This document shows positions 24,942 to 38,828 of a stretch of DNA of 64,000 nt, piece by piece. The position numbers and the translations under genes are program-made. Origin of the DNA: Octopus vulgaris (Eukaryota). The DNA lies in the NCBI GenBank assembly GCA_951406725.2, contig OX597818.1, forward strand, positions 108,438,001 to 108,502,000. Reading direction: 5' to 3'. Numbering within the stretch: position 1 is the first letter of the stretch; each line of letters starts with the position of its first letter. The notes below the pieces were generated by a model. It did not search any database. It worked only from the letters and a program-made list of their open reading frames with translations, and was not told the origin of the DNA.

Positions 24942-25624
24942 AGGCAGAGGTATAACATCGGCATGCTAACGTTTCAGGCAGAGGTATAACATCAGCATGC
25001 TAACGTTTCAGGCAGAGGTATAACAAAAGTTTTCCATTAAGATTTGTGATTAAATTAATGAATAAGGTTAATTATTTCTAATGAATTTACCACATTTTTG
25101 ATGGGTGTTCAGGGCAGACATAGCACACCTAGAATATATGCCCCTGACGTTCATGTGACAGTCATGCGAGAAGGTCACATAAAAGTTTATCTCCATTGAA
25201 TATGTCTTGTGACAATTGGAAAAGAAAGATATAAATAAGGAATATAATAATTGTTTACATAAAAGTGTTATAGATAATTATTTTTTATTATTCTCCTGAA
25301 GTTAACAGTTGGGGCCAGTTCCTTCCTGTGACACATGTTAAAACATATCCTTTCTCGTTAACAAGGTTTGGGGGTAAGTAAGATGACGAGGTTTGGAGTA
25401 AATGAGATTGATGATAGCTGCTTTGTGAATTTTGACTTTCTCAAGGATGAATCCAAGCAGACATTCTACAATAATAAATTCATAAGAAAAGGAGAATTGT
25501 GTATAACTGATGTTTTTTTTACAAAGCCTCTTCAGAAGTGGATTGTAATTTTAATAACTGAACTTTCCTTATTAATTCTTGTCTGGTCTGGAGTATTCTC
25601 TGCATGATGATAGTGTGACAAGAC

Positions 25625-26090
25625 AAGAAATTTGGGAGATATCAGACTCGCTACCAAATGCAGATTGGTGAATGCAATTGTCTTCCCAATAGCAACATAT
25701 AGATGCAAGACCTGGACACTAAAGAAAGCTGACCAGAAGAGAATTAATGCATTCGAGCTTTGGTTTTGGAGCAGACTTTTACAGATTCCATGGACAGCAA
25801 CGCTCACCAATGGAGAAATTCTTAAGCAGATCAGGCCGAAAATGTCGCTAGAAGCTAGGATCACCAAGCATAGATTGGCATATTTTGGTCATGTTATGCG
25901 GAGAAAATCCCTGGAGAAGGACATCATGCTTGGAATGGTCAGTGGCAAGAGAGGAAGAGGCTGACCAAGAAACCGCTGGCTTGACACCATCAAGAGTGAT
26001 ACCGGAATGGACATAGCCAATCTGAAAGAAGCAGCCCAGGAGAGAACTGACTAACCAAGAGTCGACTTCGACTGAGCAGATAGAAAGAAG
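25625..26090 (+). mobile_element. RTE (BovB-like) LINE 3' fragment
   Basis: TKCRLVNAIVFPIATYRCKTWTLKKADQKRINAFELWFWSRLLQIPWTA...RLAYFGHVMRRKSLEKDIMLGMVSGKRGRG. Confidence 0.9.
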
Positions 26091-26094
26091 AATT

Positions 26095-26640
26095 TCTTGT
26101 GCATATGTTCAGATGTTCACGAAGGAGAATTTTTCTAGTTTTTGGAATCATGTATTTGTCAATGATAAATATTTAATCTCTCTCTTAAAGTGACTTTAGT
26201 TTGTCCAATGTAGTCTTCCTTGCAACCATTGCATTTGATGGCATATATTATATTTTCTGCACAACAAGTAAAATGATTTTTCACAGCAAAGGGTCTCACA
26301 AGTTCCACTATTGGATTGGCCTGTAATTGACAGATTTGCATTGGTAAGTAGTTGTCTTTAGGAACTTTGGTTACCTTTTGAATTTTATTATTTTGTATTA
26401 TTCAACTACCTTTTCCAGTCTTTGGCTATGGCTTAATAATGGTGTTCTGTTGGATAAATCCTGAATATTTTTTAGACAGAGGTTTGGGTATATCTGAACT
26501 GGTTTGGGCCTTTCATAATTCTTCCATGTCTATTGCTTTGGTTTCCCATTTTCAAGCAGAGTTGATGTCTACTTTCTTTCAAGCAGCACCTGTTTTAATT
26601 GGGGTAGATGTCAGTGTCATTCTTAATACTTAAAATGTCC
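26095..26640 (-). pseudogene. Penelope-like GIY-YIG endonuclease relic
   Basis: FTCCAENIIYAIKCNGCKEDYIGQTKVTLRERLN (IY..CxxC..YIGQT..R). Probably continues at 25330-25620 across the RTE insertion. Confidence 0.85.
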
Positions 26641-26719
26641 AGGAAGGGTTGTTGGTTATGGCTAAATTCTATGGTCAACTGAATACCATTATTGATTCTG
26701 TTAAGTAAAATGACCAGAT

Positions 26720-27200
26720 TGGGAGGCAGTCCTCTCAACCGATACACTACCCTGGGTACCACTGGATGATGAGCACTGGTAAGGATGTTATTCCATGCTG
26801 TGACTTCAGGTCTTCCTCAATTTGTGTCACCCATGTCTTCTTTGGCGCATAGCACCGGATTCTCCCCGGCATGGGTTGCTGCATCCATAAAGTTGGTGTG
26901 ATAGTTTTCTGGTGCTCATCCTGCAGACATGGCTGAACCACTGTAGCCTGTGCTGCTGGACTTGGTCTTCGGTGGTCGGTTGCTGCTGGCATTGTTCTAG
27001 TATGCTGTTGTTTGAGATTCAGTTGCCAAAGACACATCGAGGATCTGATGAAGACACTGCATTTGGAACATCACAAGCTTATCCAGGTCTCAATTGAGGA
27101 TGGGACAGATCACAAAGGCAGATAGGCAGAACCAGTGTGTGCAAAAGATGGATCTTGATCCTTAGGGAGACGTTTGGTTTCTTCTAGATTCCTATCGAGT
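26720..27200 (-). mobile_element. Decayed RTE-type LINE C-terminal fragment
   Basis: PGRIRCYAPKKTWVTQIEEDLK resembles the GRPxxTW..DL motif of RTE C-termini. Confidence 0.5.
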
Positions 27201-27299
27201 AGGGATTTGAAGTCATTGATTGGGTTCATCTCTCTCTCTTTCTCTGTATGTATGTATATATATACACACACACACACACACAGATGAGATCAGATCAAA

Positions 27300-27760
27300 A
27301 AACACCAGTCCCGGTGCTATAAAAAGAAAACCATACCAATTCAGCATTTAATCTCCTTTCAAGTATTCCTCTTCTGAAGCCACAAGCTTTATCCAGCATA
27401 GTTCCCAGAACTCTTTGCGGGGGAGGGGGGACAGTAAGCACATTGCAGTCTCTTGGATTTCTTCAATGTCTCAAAATCTTATTGGTGTGGGTCTTCCACT
27501 GCAAAAGCTGAGCCTTGGTTTCAGGACCACAGCCATAAACCCACAATGCACACCCTGTTACAACCATTTCCAAAATGGTTTTGTCTTCCTCAACACAATC
27601 AAAAAGATTCTGCACAGTTGAAACCTAATCTTTTTGTGACAACCACACTCTACACACTTCCCTTCCAGGCATTGCTGTAAACAACACAACTAAGCAGGAA
27701 CATTATAACTTAGTGGACATGCACAACAGACTTCGAAGCCAGTCTCAGCCAAGTGGTTTC
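27300..27760 (-). pseudogene. Possible mariner transposase C-terminal relic
   Basis: Minus strand reads WIKLVASEEEYLKGD, resembling the mariner C-terminal RWxKC...GxYFEGD motif. Confidence 0.4.
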
Positions 27761-28464
27761 ACTCTGTGCATCATAGCTTTGTTACAATAGCAACAATCCT
27801 AATATTTTTTGATCAGATTTCTTATATACACACTACATTACTTACCTGCAAACATATACATGCAAAAAAATATATATATATGTATATATGCTTTACATAT
27901 ATGCTTCAAATATATATACATGGTTGTGTCATCTTTATACACATGAATTTGTTATTCGTGTGTGTGTGCATGTGAGTGTGAGTGTATATACATATATATA
28001 AACACAGGTTTTGTTTATACATACACATATATGTATATATACATACATATATACATACATATATATATATATATACATACATTCATTCGTATATATGTAT
28101 ATATATATACACACATACATACATTCGTATATATATATATATATACACACATACATACTTACATTCATATATATATACATCAATATAGACACACGTTACA
28201 CCCATCTCCCCCTCTCTGCCATATAATTTGATTCTTTTGTTATAGTTTATTTATCATTTTTAATTAAGAGTTTTGTGAATGAGAATGTTTACAGTTGTGC
28301 AAAGATACAAATGATGTGGAATTAGGGACAATTATCCAACATCAATTACAGTTTGCTTCCACACGCGATAACTTTGTATCACAGTCCACAACTCGAATAA
28401 GAATTGCATAGAAAATTAGTTGGATGCAGAGCGTAAAAAGATGTTCAGATCTCTCATATAGGCA

Positions 28465-29500
28465 TTCTGCTACTGCTGCTGCTGCTTCTGCTGCTGTTCT
28501 TGTTGTTGTTGATGTTATTGTTGTTATTGTTGTTGTAACTGTTGTTGATGTTGCTGCTGCTGTGATGCTTCTTCTCATCTTGTTCTTGTGCTCTTATTGT
28601 TTTTCAGTTGTGATGATGATGATGCTGGTAGTGGTGGTGGTCGTCGTCGTCGTAGTCATCGTCGTGGTGATAGTGGGGTGGTCGTCATCATCATCATCAT
28701 CATCGTTGTCATCATGGTCGTCATCGTTGTGGCAATGGTCATGATCGTGGTGGTGGTGGTGGTCGTCGTGGTTGTGGTGGTAGTGGTGGTCAGTGGTGAG
28801 GAAAATGACAATGATGATGACATTGGCAACAATGATGGTGGTGGTGGTGATGGAGGTGGTGGGTAGGGTTATTGTTGTCGTTATCATCACCATCATCATC
28901 ACCATCATCATCATCATCACCACCATCACCATCATCACTACTATCACCATCATCACCATCATTACCATCATCATCACCATCATCACTACCATCACCATCA
29001 TCACCATCATCATCACCATCATCATCATCATCATCACCATCATCACCATCATGATCATCACCATCATGATCATCACCACTATCACCATCATCACTACCAT
29101 CACCATCATCATCATTATCACCACCATCATCATCATCACCACCATCGTCATCATCATCACCACCATCGTCATCATCATCACCACCATCATCACCCCCATC
29201 ATCATCAATCATCACCATCATCATCACCATCATCCTCACCACCACCATCATCATCACCACCACCACCATCATCACCCTCATCATCATGATCATCACTAAC
29301 ATCATCACCACTACCACCACCACCATCTTCATCATTATGCCTTTCTTGCTGCATCTATTGTTGAAGCTGATGCTGCTGATGACAACAATAACAACTACAA
29401 CAACAACAACGACATGGAAGAGGCTGTGTTGCCATTGCAAGTGAGGTGTTGTTGTTGCCATTAATGAGGTTTCAGCATTTGTTGTTGTTGCTGTTGTTTT
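28465..29500. repeat. Mixed (GTT)/(GGT)/(CAT)/(CAC) trinucleotide low-complexity block
   Basis: Directly visible. Confidence 0.95.
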
Positions 29501-30832
29501 TGTTCATTCCCAGATCAATCTTCATCAAACAGACCTTTAATTAAAGTCGTTCCACCCATGACCATCATGCTATTTTCAAGTATATCTAAGACTACATTCT
29601 CCAATGTGTCTGTCCCTTTTCAAGGAGGTGGTTCATTAATTGAGGCAGATTTTTACTGCTATGTCTAGTAATGCAAACAACCACTTTCATTCGTTCATCA
29701 TGCTGTTGTTGTTGTCGCTGTTGTTGTTGCTGTAATTGAAACCCCAGGGCAGCTTTGATCCAGCAGACTCATGATCAAAAGCATTTCTGATGTGTCCATC
29801 GCATTTAAAATTCAGGCAAAGTTTATCTAGGACTACATCATCCAATATGACACTGTTGTGCAGTTCGGGTTACCGTTTCCACAACGTTCAACAGATTCCC
29901 ACTTTGGTCCCTTCTTTTATTGCTTTTGTTTTTACCATTGCGCTTTCCTTTGATATTACAACTGCTGCTGGTGCTGATGGTGCTGCTGCTGCTACGGCTG
30001 CTGCTTGTACAGTCATTAATGTTGTCATTATTAAGGAAATGACTTTGGAAAACTATGTTTCCTCAAGAGATTCATTTTCTTACCAACTCAGTAAATTATA
30101 ATTCATTCAGTTGGTAAGAAACTCAACCACTTGAGTGATTCTGTGTATGCACTTATGCGTGTGTGTGGGGGTGGGTGTATGTATGTATGTATGCATGTGT
30201 TGGTGTGTGTGGGGGGTGTATGTATGTATGTATGAATAAATGTATGTATGCATGTGTGCTTGTGTTTGTGTGTGTATGTATGCATGCATGTATGTATGTA
30301 TGTATCTTTGTATGAATGTATGTATGTACATCTACGTATGTTTGTATGTATGTATGTGTGAGTGTATGTGTGCATGAACGTATGTATGTAAGTATATAAG
30401 TTTGTATGCATGAATGTATGTATGTGTGTGTGTATGTATGAATGTATGTATATATGTATGCATGTATGTATCTTGTATGTTTGTATGCATGTATGTGTGC
30501 ATGTGTGGGTGGGTGTGTACGAATGTATGTATATATGTATGTTTGCATGTATGTATCATTGTATGTATGTATATATGTATGTTTGTATGTATGTATGTGT
30601 GCATGAATGTATGTATGTAATATATATGTCTATATTCATGTATGTATGTAAGTATGTATGTCTGCTTGTGTTCGTGTGTGTATGTAATTATGTATGTAAA
30701 CATGTGTGTATGTATGTGTGTGCTTATGTATGTGTGTATGCATATGTGTGTGTATGTATGCATGTATATGTGTGTATGTGTGTATATGTGTGTGTGCGTG
30801 TGTGCATGTATACATGTATTACATATATGCAC

Positions 30833-30867
<35 letters not shown>

Positions 30868-31075
30868 GAGGCGCAATGGCCCAGTGGTTAGGGCAGTGGA
30901 TACGCGGTCGGAGGATCGTGGTTTCGATTCTCAGACCGGGCGTTGTGAGTGTTTATTGAGCGAAAACACCTAAAAAGCTCCATGAGACTCCAGCAGGGAG
31001 TGGTGATCCCTGCTGTACTCTTTCACCACAACTTTCTCTCACTCTTTCTTCTGTTGGCCTGCTCGCTTAGCCAGC
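30868..31075 (+). mobile_element. tRNA-derived SINE (family C)
   Basis: ggaggcgcaatggcccagtggttagggc...ggtttcgattctc head; paralog at 36215. Confidence 0.8.
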
Positions 31076-31745
31076 TCTTCTGCTGGTGTATGCTCATCCT
31101 TTCATCCAATGATATGTTGTGGTAGAGTTGTGTGACTTCTTTGGGCATGTATCAGACAAAGAGTGCTGCTCAAGGAGCTGCCTTCCAAGTCTTGTGATGT
31201 TATCAGCCTCATGTATGCAAACTCGGTCAAGGGATGCACTTCAAGATTTGGCAGTTAAAAGATGTTGGTGAAAGGATATGATATGACTTTCAAAGGCATC
31301 TTGGATCGATGTTAAGCGTCTGCCACCTTGTTTTCGTTTCAGGTGGAGGTGGTCTCTGTCACTGTTGATGTGGAAATTATGTGTGCTGGTTAGTATCTTC
31401 TGGGTGTTCACATCAATGGCTCAGATCTCATCAAGCGTCCAATCAAGCAGCCCAAATGTTGGTATGAGTATTGGCACTGCCAAAACACATTGTGGGCCAC
31501 TGTTTTATTGAATGCTGAGAGTTCTAAGGTCCAAATTTTCTTTATCCAGCTGTAATATTCTTTAGTGACACATCTTTTCTTACAGGTGCCATTGTAAGAT
31601 ATGTTTTCATCCACCCCAAGATACCTGTAACATTCCTCATCAGATCCAGGGGAAACGGTCGAGTCATTGATGGAGATGTTACTCGTCTGGTTTATAGTTC
31701 TCCCCCGTTTTCACTGTATAACAACATTTATCCTAACCAAACTCC
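31075..31745 (-). mobile_element. R4/Dong-clade LINE RT C-terminal relic
   Basis: YLGVDENISY...IKKIWTLELSAFNKTVAHNV...PTFGLLDWT...LTSTHNFHINSDRDHLHLKRKQGGR across frameshifts. Confidence 0.75.
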
Positions 31746-32603
31746 AACCTACATCCTTTGAGAATGTTGTATGTATGTCATTATTCAGTTTATTTCAAGA
31801 TTTCTTGCCAATAGAGAAAGAGCCGGTTTCTAACCTAGATCCAAGACTCCTTCATTGGAATTTCAACATCAACATCAGGGTAATTTTGTATGCATGTATG
31901 AAAGAATGAAAATGTTACTATGAAAGGATGCTGAATGCAGAAAATGTGAGGAAGCAAGAGAAACTATCCCAAATATACACAAGAGAAGAACCAGTTATTG
32001 TGGTGGGCAGTTACATGAACAAAGCATTCCATTAGGAATATGAAGCTAAGAGAGGCAGCTGGCCGTTTAGGGATAATTGGTTGGTGACCTCCTGAAAATA
32101 TCTGTTGATGTATAGCTTAAGGTAGTGACCAACATGGACAACCAGGGAGAGTGGAGACAAAAAATTTGGTTAGTACATATATGTTTGGGGCATATTTAGC
32201 TGTCAATGTACAAGAAAGTGAACAAAAGAGAGGATAGAGGCCTGAGAGGGGACAGGAGGGTATGAGAGGGGAGGTGAAACAGATGGTTAAAGACGGCTGG
32301 GGGTAGAGGTAAATATAGGGAGAGGGTGGAAGTGAAGTTGAATGGAAATAGATGTATGGGGGCGGGTGGTGCAAGGTGAGAAATATAGAAATGATTCAGG
32401 AAGGAGAAATGATTGAAAAATAGTGGTGGTGGGGGAGCATTGAGAGGTATTAAGAATGGAGTATAGTGGGAAGTGGGGAGAGTAGTGGCTGAAGGCAATA
32501 GTGTGTGTGTAGGGATGATAATGAGAAATGCAAGTTTTGTTGGGGGTGACAGAGAGGTAACCACCAGAAGCAAGGGGGATGTAATATGTGCGAAATGTGC
32601 TCT

Positions 32604-32840
32604 AAGGTGGCAAGCTGGCAGAAACATTAGCACACTGGGCGAAATGCTTAGCGATATTTTGTCTGCTGTTACATTCTAAGTTCAAATTCCGCCAAGGTCG
32701 ACTTTGCCTTTCATCCTTTCGGGGTCGATTAAATAAGTACCAGTTGCGCACTGGGGTCGATATAATCGACTTGATCCTTTTGTCTGTTCTTGTTTGTCCT
32801 CTCTGTGTTTAGCCCCTTGTGGGTAGTAAAGAAATAGGTA
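32604..32840 (+). mobile_element. SINE family B, full length
   Basis: aaggtggcaagctggcagaaac...gtcgactttgcctttcatcctttcggggtcg...gccccttgtgggtagtaaagaaatag. Confidence 0.9.
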
Positions 32841-33284
32841 TTTTTTTTTTAAAGCCCAGTACTTATTCTATCAGACTCCTTTGCTGAACTGTTAAGTTAC
32901 AGGGATGTAAATCTAATCAACTTAATCCCTCTGTTTCTCCGCTCTATGTTTAGCCCCCTGTGGGCAGTAAAGAAATAAATTGTGCTCTCAGTGTGATTTA
33001 AATTTTAGAATATTCATTAAAATGTAGATTGTATATATTTGGAAAAAGATGATGAATTAGAATATTAACAGCTTTCTCATTGCTTGGAAGGTAGTAAATC
33101 TACAATTGTAAGTTCGTAGCAAATGAAACTGTATTGAGAGGTTTTCTTTGCTGTTTTAGAAGCTTTCTAATCTTTCAGACAATCCGGGTGGATATGTAAG
33201 CTGTTATACTTAACTTCCTGCTTTGTGCTGAAGCTCTTACCAAACTGAGTGAATTAGCACCAATAGTGACTGTTTTCTTTGTTC

Positions 33285-33447
33285 TGACATGGCTGTGTGG
33301 TTAAGAAACTTTCTTCCTAACAATGCCATTTCAGGTTCGATCCCACTGCGGGGCACCTTGAGAAAATGTCTTCTACTGTAACTCCAGGTTGACCAAAGTC
33401 TTATGAATGAATTTGGTAGACAGAAACTGAAAGAAGCCTGTTGTGTT

Positions 33448-33487
<40 letters not shown>

Positions 33488-33740
33488 CGTCTATATGTAT
33501 TTTTATGTGCATGTCTTCATGCATACCCTTGCCTTGACAAAATAAGTTGGCTGTAAACAAGTATTTGTCCTCAGCCAAGCAAAGCTGTTTGTTTCCAGTC
33601 TTCCTTGAAAAACATGTCTGGTCATGGGGAAACAGGTGAGGGTTAGCAACAGAAAGAGCATCCACCTGTAGAAGTCCTGCCTTGACAAATTCCATCTGAC
33701 CCATGCAAGTATAGAAAAGTGGATGTAAAACGCTGATGGT
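33285..33740 (+). mobile_element. SINE family D head plus RTE-like tail
   Basis: catggctgtgtggttaagaa...ggttcgatccc head, (TG)n, and tail ccatctgacccatgcaagtatagaaaagtggatgtaaaacgctgatg. Confidence 0.7.
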
Positions 33741-35629
33741 GTCTACTCATTTCCACCTTTAATAAATCGAGGGATGTTATAATTTTCTTATGATCAGATC
33801 AGGAAGTAAAGGCTGTGCCCATCATCTTCCTCTCCATCTCTGAGGATAATGTTTAACACTTTGCTTCTCAACCTTTTGAATGTCCAGACCAAAGCCAAAA
33901 CTTGGATATTTTAGAGAGCTGCATCCAAAGAAGTAAAACATGAGTCAAAGAAAAAGTATTATATTTATAAAGGGAAGACTGTGAAGGGGCTGCTGAAGAG
34001 ATGCTTAAGGGCTACTGGAAAGATGTGGTCCTCAGAGCCACAAGTGAGAGCCACTGGTTTAACATGAAAATCTGTAAATAGATATCTTCAAGAAGAAACA
34101 ATGATCGGAAGGAAATTCTAGCAGCCTAATGTTTGGAGAGAAAGAATTAAATTTATGAATAGTGGTGAGTGTGTGATATGAGTGACTCAAGTGGAGATGA
34201 GTGAGTCAAGATGGAGTTGAGTAGGAGGTGATATGTCACTCGCTGATTGTGAGGTGGAGAGGCCATGGAAGAGGAATGGAAAAGGTGGTGTGTGCAGACA
34301 GTGCATCTGTTGGCAAGAGTATGCAGTGCAGTTTTTGTTATGCTAAGAATATGAAATTGTCATCATTTGGAATTTGTCGAGAGTAATATTTCCTTTTCTT
34401 TCTGTCTTCTATAGATGCTTACAATATTTCATTAGGTGTCATTGATTTCGCTATGTCAAACAGCTGGAAGAATTTTGGGATCTACAGTGATTATTCAAGT
34501 CATAAGCAAAACTTCAGCAAATAAACCTTCAGCAGTAATTCTTGTTAAAATGCTAATGAAGTCTACTCATACAGTATACTTCCTGAATAACAGCAACCTC
34601 GGGGATTTGAGGTGCCATTTTGGTGAATTTTCTATTGTCAAGTAAAATTTTAAATGCGTTTATTACATAAATAGCAGAGGACTATGATAAATAAGAAATA
34701 GTGATATGGTATAATGAATGCCACTTTATTAGCTGCTAAATGCACAGTAAGAAACAGTTGAAAAATTTTCTTAGATAGGAAAAAGTATTTTCAAAATGGC
34801 AAAAAAGAACAATATTAATGTTACGCCACAAGAGCTACATAATGAAGACGTGTTTATTACCATTTTCAAAAATGCCATTAGCTTCAGTTTTCTACTATTC
34901 TGGATGCTGCTATTTTAGAAACTTCCTGTATCAAGTCCCCTGGCATCAACTGTTGCAATTATAACGTGTGCATATAAGTGCAAATCCTGTTATGTATGAG
35001 TTAATCATTCCAAACCTACGTCTGCTAGAAGCATCCATAATGGTTTTGTTGAGAGTTCCTTCAATGTTTATCAGTGGGTGGTAAATGTGTATTTTTATGC
35101 TGAAGCCCACCTCTCTGCTGTATCAATCTGTTTATCACCACCCACCTGCAATCTGTTATTCTCAGACTTTGTAATTCTAGTTAAGCACAAATATTTCCAG
35201 AATCTGTTGCTTATCCCTGTGCCTCAGGTTCTCCTCCAGTCTGTTCTGTAAAACAGAAACGGTTTTGTCTACCAAGCGTGGGAAATCTGGTGTTTCCAAA
35301 AGCATTATTTATTTGGTTATTCTCAAATGTTTCTAAGGCATTTGTGGGCTAATCTTGGATTAGCAAACGTTTATCTCCCTCACTATGTCTGAAGCAGATA
35401 TATACTGTGTTGTTCTTAATATTCTCACAGCAGAACAACCCTAAAACTACAGGAATACATGCCGCTTTGTACCATAGGTGAAAGGAAAGGTGTCACACAG
35501 TTCACATCTTTATAGAGCCGTGGCTACCATGCAATATAAAAGATGGCTCAGTTGTTTTTAAACCTTTTGTCCAATAAACTTGGAAAACTTTACCTAAAAC
35601 ACATCTCGGGAAACAAACAAAAGCCTCAA

Positions 35630-35900
35630 TCAAACTTTCATATGAACAGAGTAACCTTTGGTTGCCAACAGAGGTAAAAGCTCTCTAAATTTTATCCATC
35701 CTATTTTTACTCTAGCTATTACACTCTCCATCCATCCTACTAATTTTATCCCCCAGGTAGCAGAAATTGCCCACTAGCTCTAATGAGCCTCCAGGGCATT
35801 TGAGAAAATCAATTTCCCCATGTATGGCTACTGTGCATCTTTCACATCTGAACGCTACTTTCTCCGACAACCTTCCTATTATTCCATTGCAACTTTTGTC
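35630..35900 (-). mobile_element. Decayed RTE RT fragment
   Basis: GSLELVGNFCYLGDKI matches KLEVVDSFRYLGDQV of the 9077 ORF. Confidence 0.65.
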
Positions 35901-35955
35901 TGCCCATAGAGTACAAGAGGTACTTATAATTCAAAGGTCCAACCTTATCACACTC

Positions 35956-36665
35956 AGTCGAGTCGCATGGCTTAGTGGTTAGGGTGTCAGCATCATGATC
36001 ATAAGATTGTGGTTTCGATTCCTAGACCAGGTGACGCGTTGTGTTCTTGAGCAAAACACTTCATTTCACGTTGCTCCAGTCCACTCAGCTGACAAAAATG
36101 AGTAATGCTGCGATGGACTGGCACCCTGTCCAGCTGGGGAACACATACGCCATTGAAACCGGAAAACTGGGCCCATGAGCCTGGCTAGGCTTTAAAAGGG
36201 CACATTTATTTATGTGGAGGCACATGGCCTAGTGATTAGAGCAGCAGACTCATGGTCAAGGGATTGCAGGTTCGAATCTCAGACCGGGCAATGTGTGTGT
36301 TTATGAGCGAAACACCTAAAACTCCGGCAGAAGGTAATGGCGAACTTCTGCTGACTCTTTCACCACAACTTTCTCTCACTCTTTCCTCCTGCATCGTGCA
36401 ACTCACCTGTGACGGACCAGCTTCCCATCCAGGTGGGGAACCTATATGCCAAGGAAACCGGGAAACCGGCCCTTATGAACCAGGCATGGCTTGAGAAGGG
36501 ACAAACATCATCTTATCACACTCTGTGTCACACTAAATCTCCTTCAGAACTATGTTAAGGGTACACCTGTCTGTGGAGTACTCAACCACTTGTATGTTAA
36601 TTTTACGAGCAGGCTATTTCCAGAGCAACTGGAACCCTCATCGTTGTAATTGATGGAGCACCACT
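35956..36665 (+). mobile_element. Nested SINE cluster: A-type and C-type copies inside an older A-type SINE
   Basis: Two tRNA-like heads at about 35960 and 36215. Direct repeat CTTATCACACTC at 35944-35955 and 36512-36523. Confidence 0.75.
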
Positions 36666-37542
36666 CTTTACTAACTGTAAGTGTGGTATGATGTCGAAAG
36701 CTTTATGATAATCCGTTAATCTTTAAGAACTATTTTTTCCTTGATATCTTCAGTAATAACTTGGTTTAGTAACTAATATTTGTTCCAACCATTCTTCGTT
36801 TTCTAACACCCCACTTACTCCTCCGATAAGATGCTATCACTTTCCAGACAAACGGTCACCAGGTTGGAACATATTGTTGCCAAGGTTTCATATATTGTTA
36901 GCAAAGTAATTAACTTCTACTTTAATTTCAGATTTAATTTTAATTTTCTTTTGTATAATTTCTATCTACAGACAATTGTTCCAGGCTAGAAATCCTTCAT
37001 CCGTGTGTTTATAATACTTTTGTTGAGACCAAAGAAGTATTAGTGTAAAAAAAAAACATAAAATAATAACAGAAATAATAACAATCATGAAAATTTTTGC
37101 TGAGAACAACTAATTCAACGAGATGCAGTAAATCTTGGAATTTGGTTAAAACTCACAAAAGCAAAACAGCAAAACTATAGCGACAGAAGCAAGAGAGGAA
37201 TATTTAAGCCGTCTTCAGCTTACTTCTATCTGCCACCGTTTTCTTCACCCTCTTTCTCATTATTTATTTCTCTTTTAATAATCTCTTTCTCTCCTTCTCA
37301 CCATCTCTCCCTCTCTCTCTCTCACTACCTCTTACTTTTTCCTACCACAGTTGAAGAAGCAAGACATGATTTAAAAGGAAACTAATAGCAACAACAACAA
37401 CAACAACAGCAAATAGAATACAATATGAATTCTTGGAGTTTTAGTTTTAGTATAAAAAGAATCATTTCAAAAATTCTATTGGAACAAAAGAATGGTAGGT
37501 TACTGTCAATATTTTGTTTTGCAGTGATTATATTGATGTTAA

Positions 37543-37568
37543 TTACTACTACCACCACCACCACCACC

Positions 37569-37630
<62 letters not shown>

Positions 37631-37690
37631 TACTACTACTACCACTACCACTGGTACTACTGCTGCTGCTGCTGCTACTACTACTACTTA
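37543..37690. repeat. (ACC)/(ACT)/(GCT) trinucleotide array
   Basis: Directly visible. Confidence 0.95.
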
Positions 37691-37828
37691 TACAAATGTC
37701 TTCTTATTTCAATTCTTTTCATAATCCTTTATTCCATTTTTTCTCTTCCACAGGAAATCAGAGACAAGATGCAGCTTTTGTGTTTCGAAGAACATTATAT
37801 GTCATATTATATCATTATATTTGTGTGT

Positions 37829-37872
<44 letters not shown>

Positions 37873-38632
37873 TGTATGTATGTATATATATATGTGTGTG
37901 TGTGTGTGTGTATGTGAGAGGCAAAGTAAAAGTGTATGCATAGGTATTTGTATGTGTATATATGTATACACACACATATGAGACTTTTTCGTGTGATAAA
38001 CACACATATATGTCTATGTAAAACATTCATTATCTTATTCCAAAAAAACACAAACATCGTTATTCTCCTGTGATTACCATTACTTTTGCTTTTTTATTTC
38101 CAAATTATTTAACCTTCCAGAGACAATTTCAGTGACCTTATATTTAAAGAGGTCAAATTGCTTTTAGTTGAAATGACATAAGTATGTTAAATATTGTGAA
38201 TGTGTAAAATGAAATGTAGATTTAATTCGCACCTCCCCATCTTCTTCATTTTTCTTCTTCCTTATGTATCTCCTCATGTGAACATTTTAATTTATTGTAT
38301 ATATACATACATACATACATACACACACACACACGCATGCATGCACACATGCGCACACACATATATTTATGTATGTATGTATGTGTGTGTGTGTATATAG
38401 TGAAGAGAGAAAGCAAGAGAAAGAGAAAATATATTTATGCAATATGTATAATGTACATATGCACGTGTTTGTGTGTATGTGTGTGTGTATAGACACATAT
38501 ATATGTATACACATGTATATGTATGTACACATGTTCATATGTATATTTGTATGTATGTATGTATGTATGTATGTACACATGTTCATATGTATATTTGTAT
38601 GTATGTACATATATATGTAAATATGTATGTAA

Positions 38633-38666
<34 letters not shown>

Positions 38667-38782
38667 ATGTATAGGTATGTGTGTGTATGTATGTATGTTC
38701 ACATGTACATATGTATATTAGTATGTATGTACATGTATATGTATGTACATATGTATGTGTGTATGTATGTATGTGTATATGT

Positions 38783-38828
<46 letters not shown>

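Noticed and set aside
30868-30940. tRNA-like sequences (also 1183, 35960, 36215, 39633, 46883)
   Set aside because: A/B boxes run into shared SINE bodies with no intact cloverleaf; these are SINE heads, not tRNA genes.
36812-36900. Strong minus-strand splice donor GA|GTAAGT
   Set aside because: No convincing acceptor or recognisable peptide upstream.
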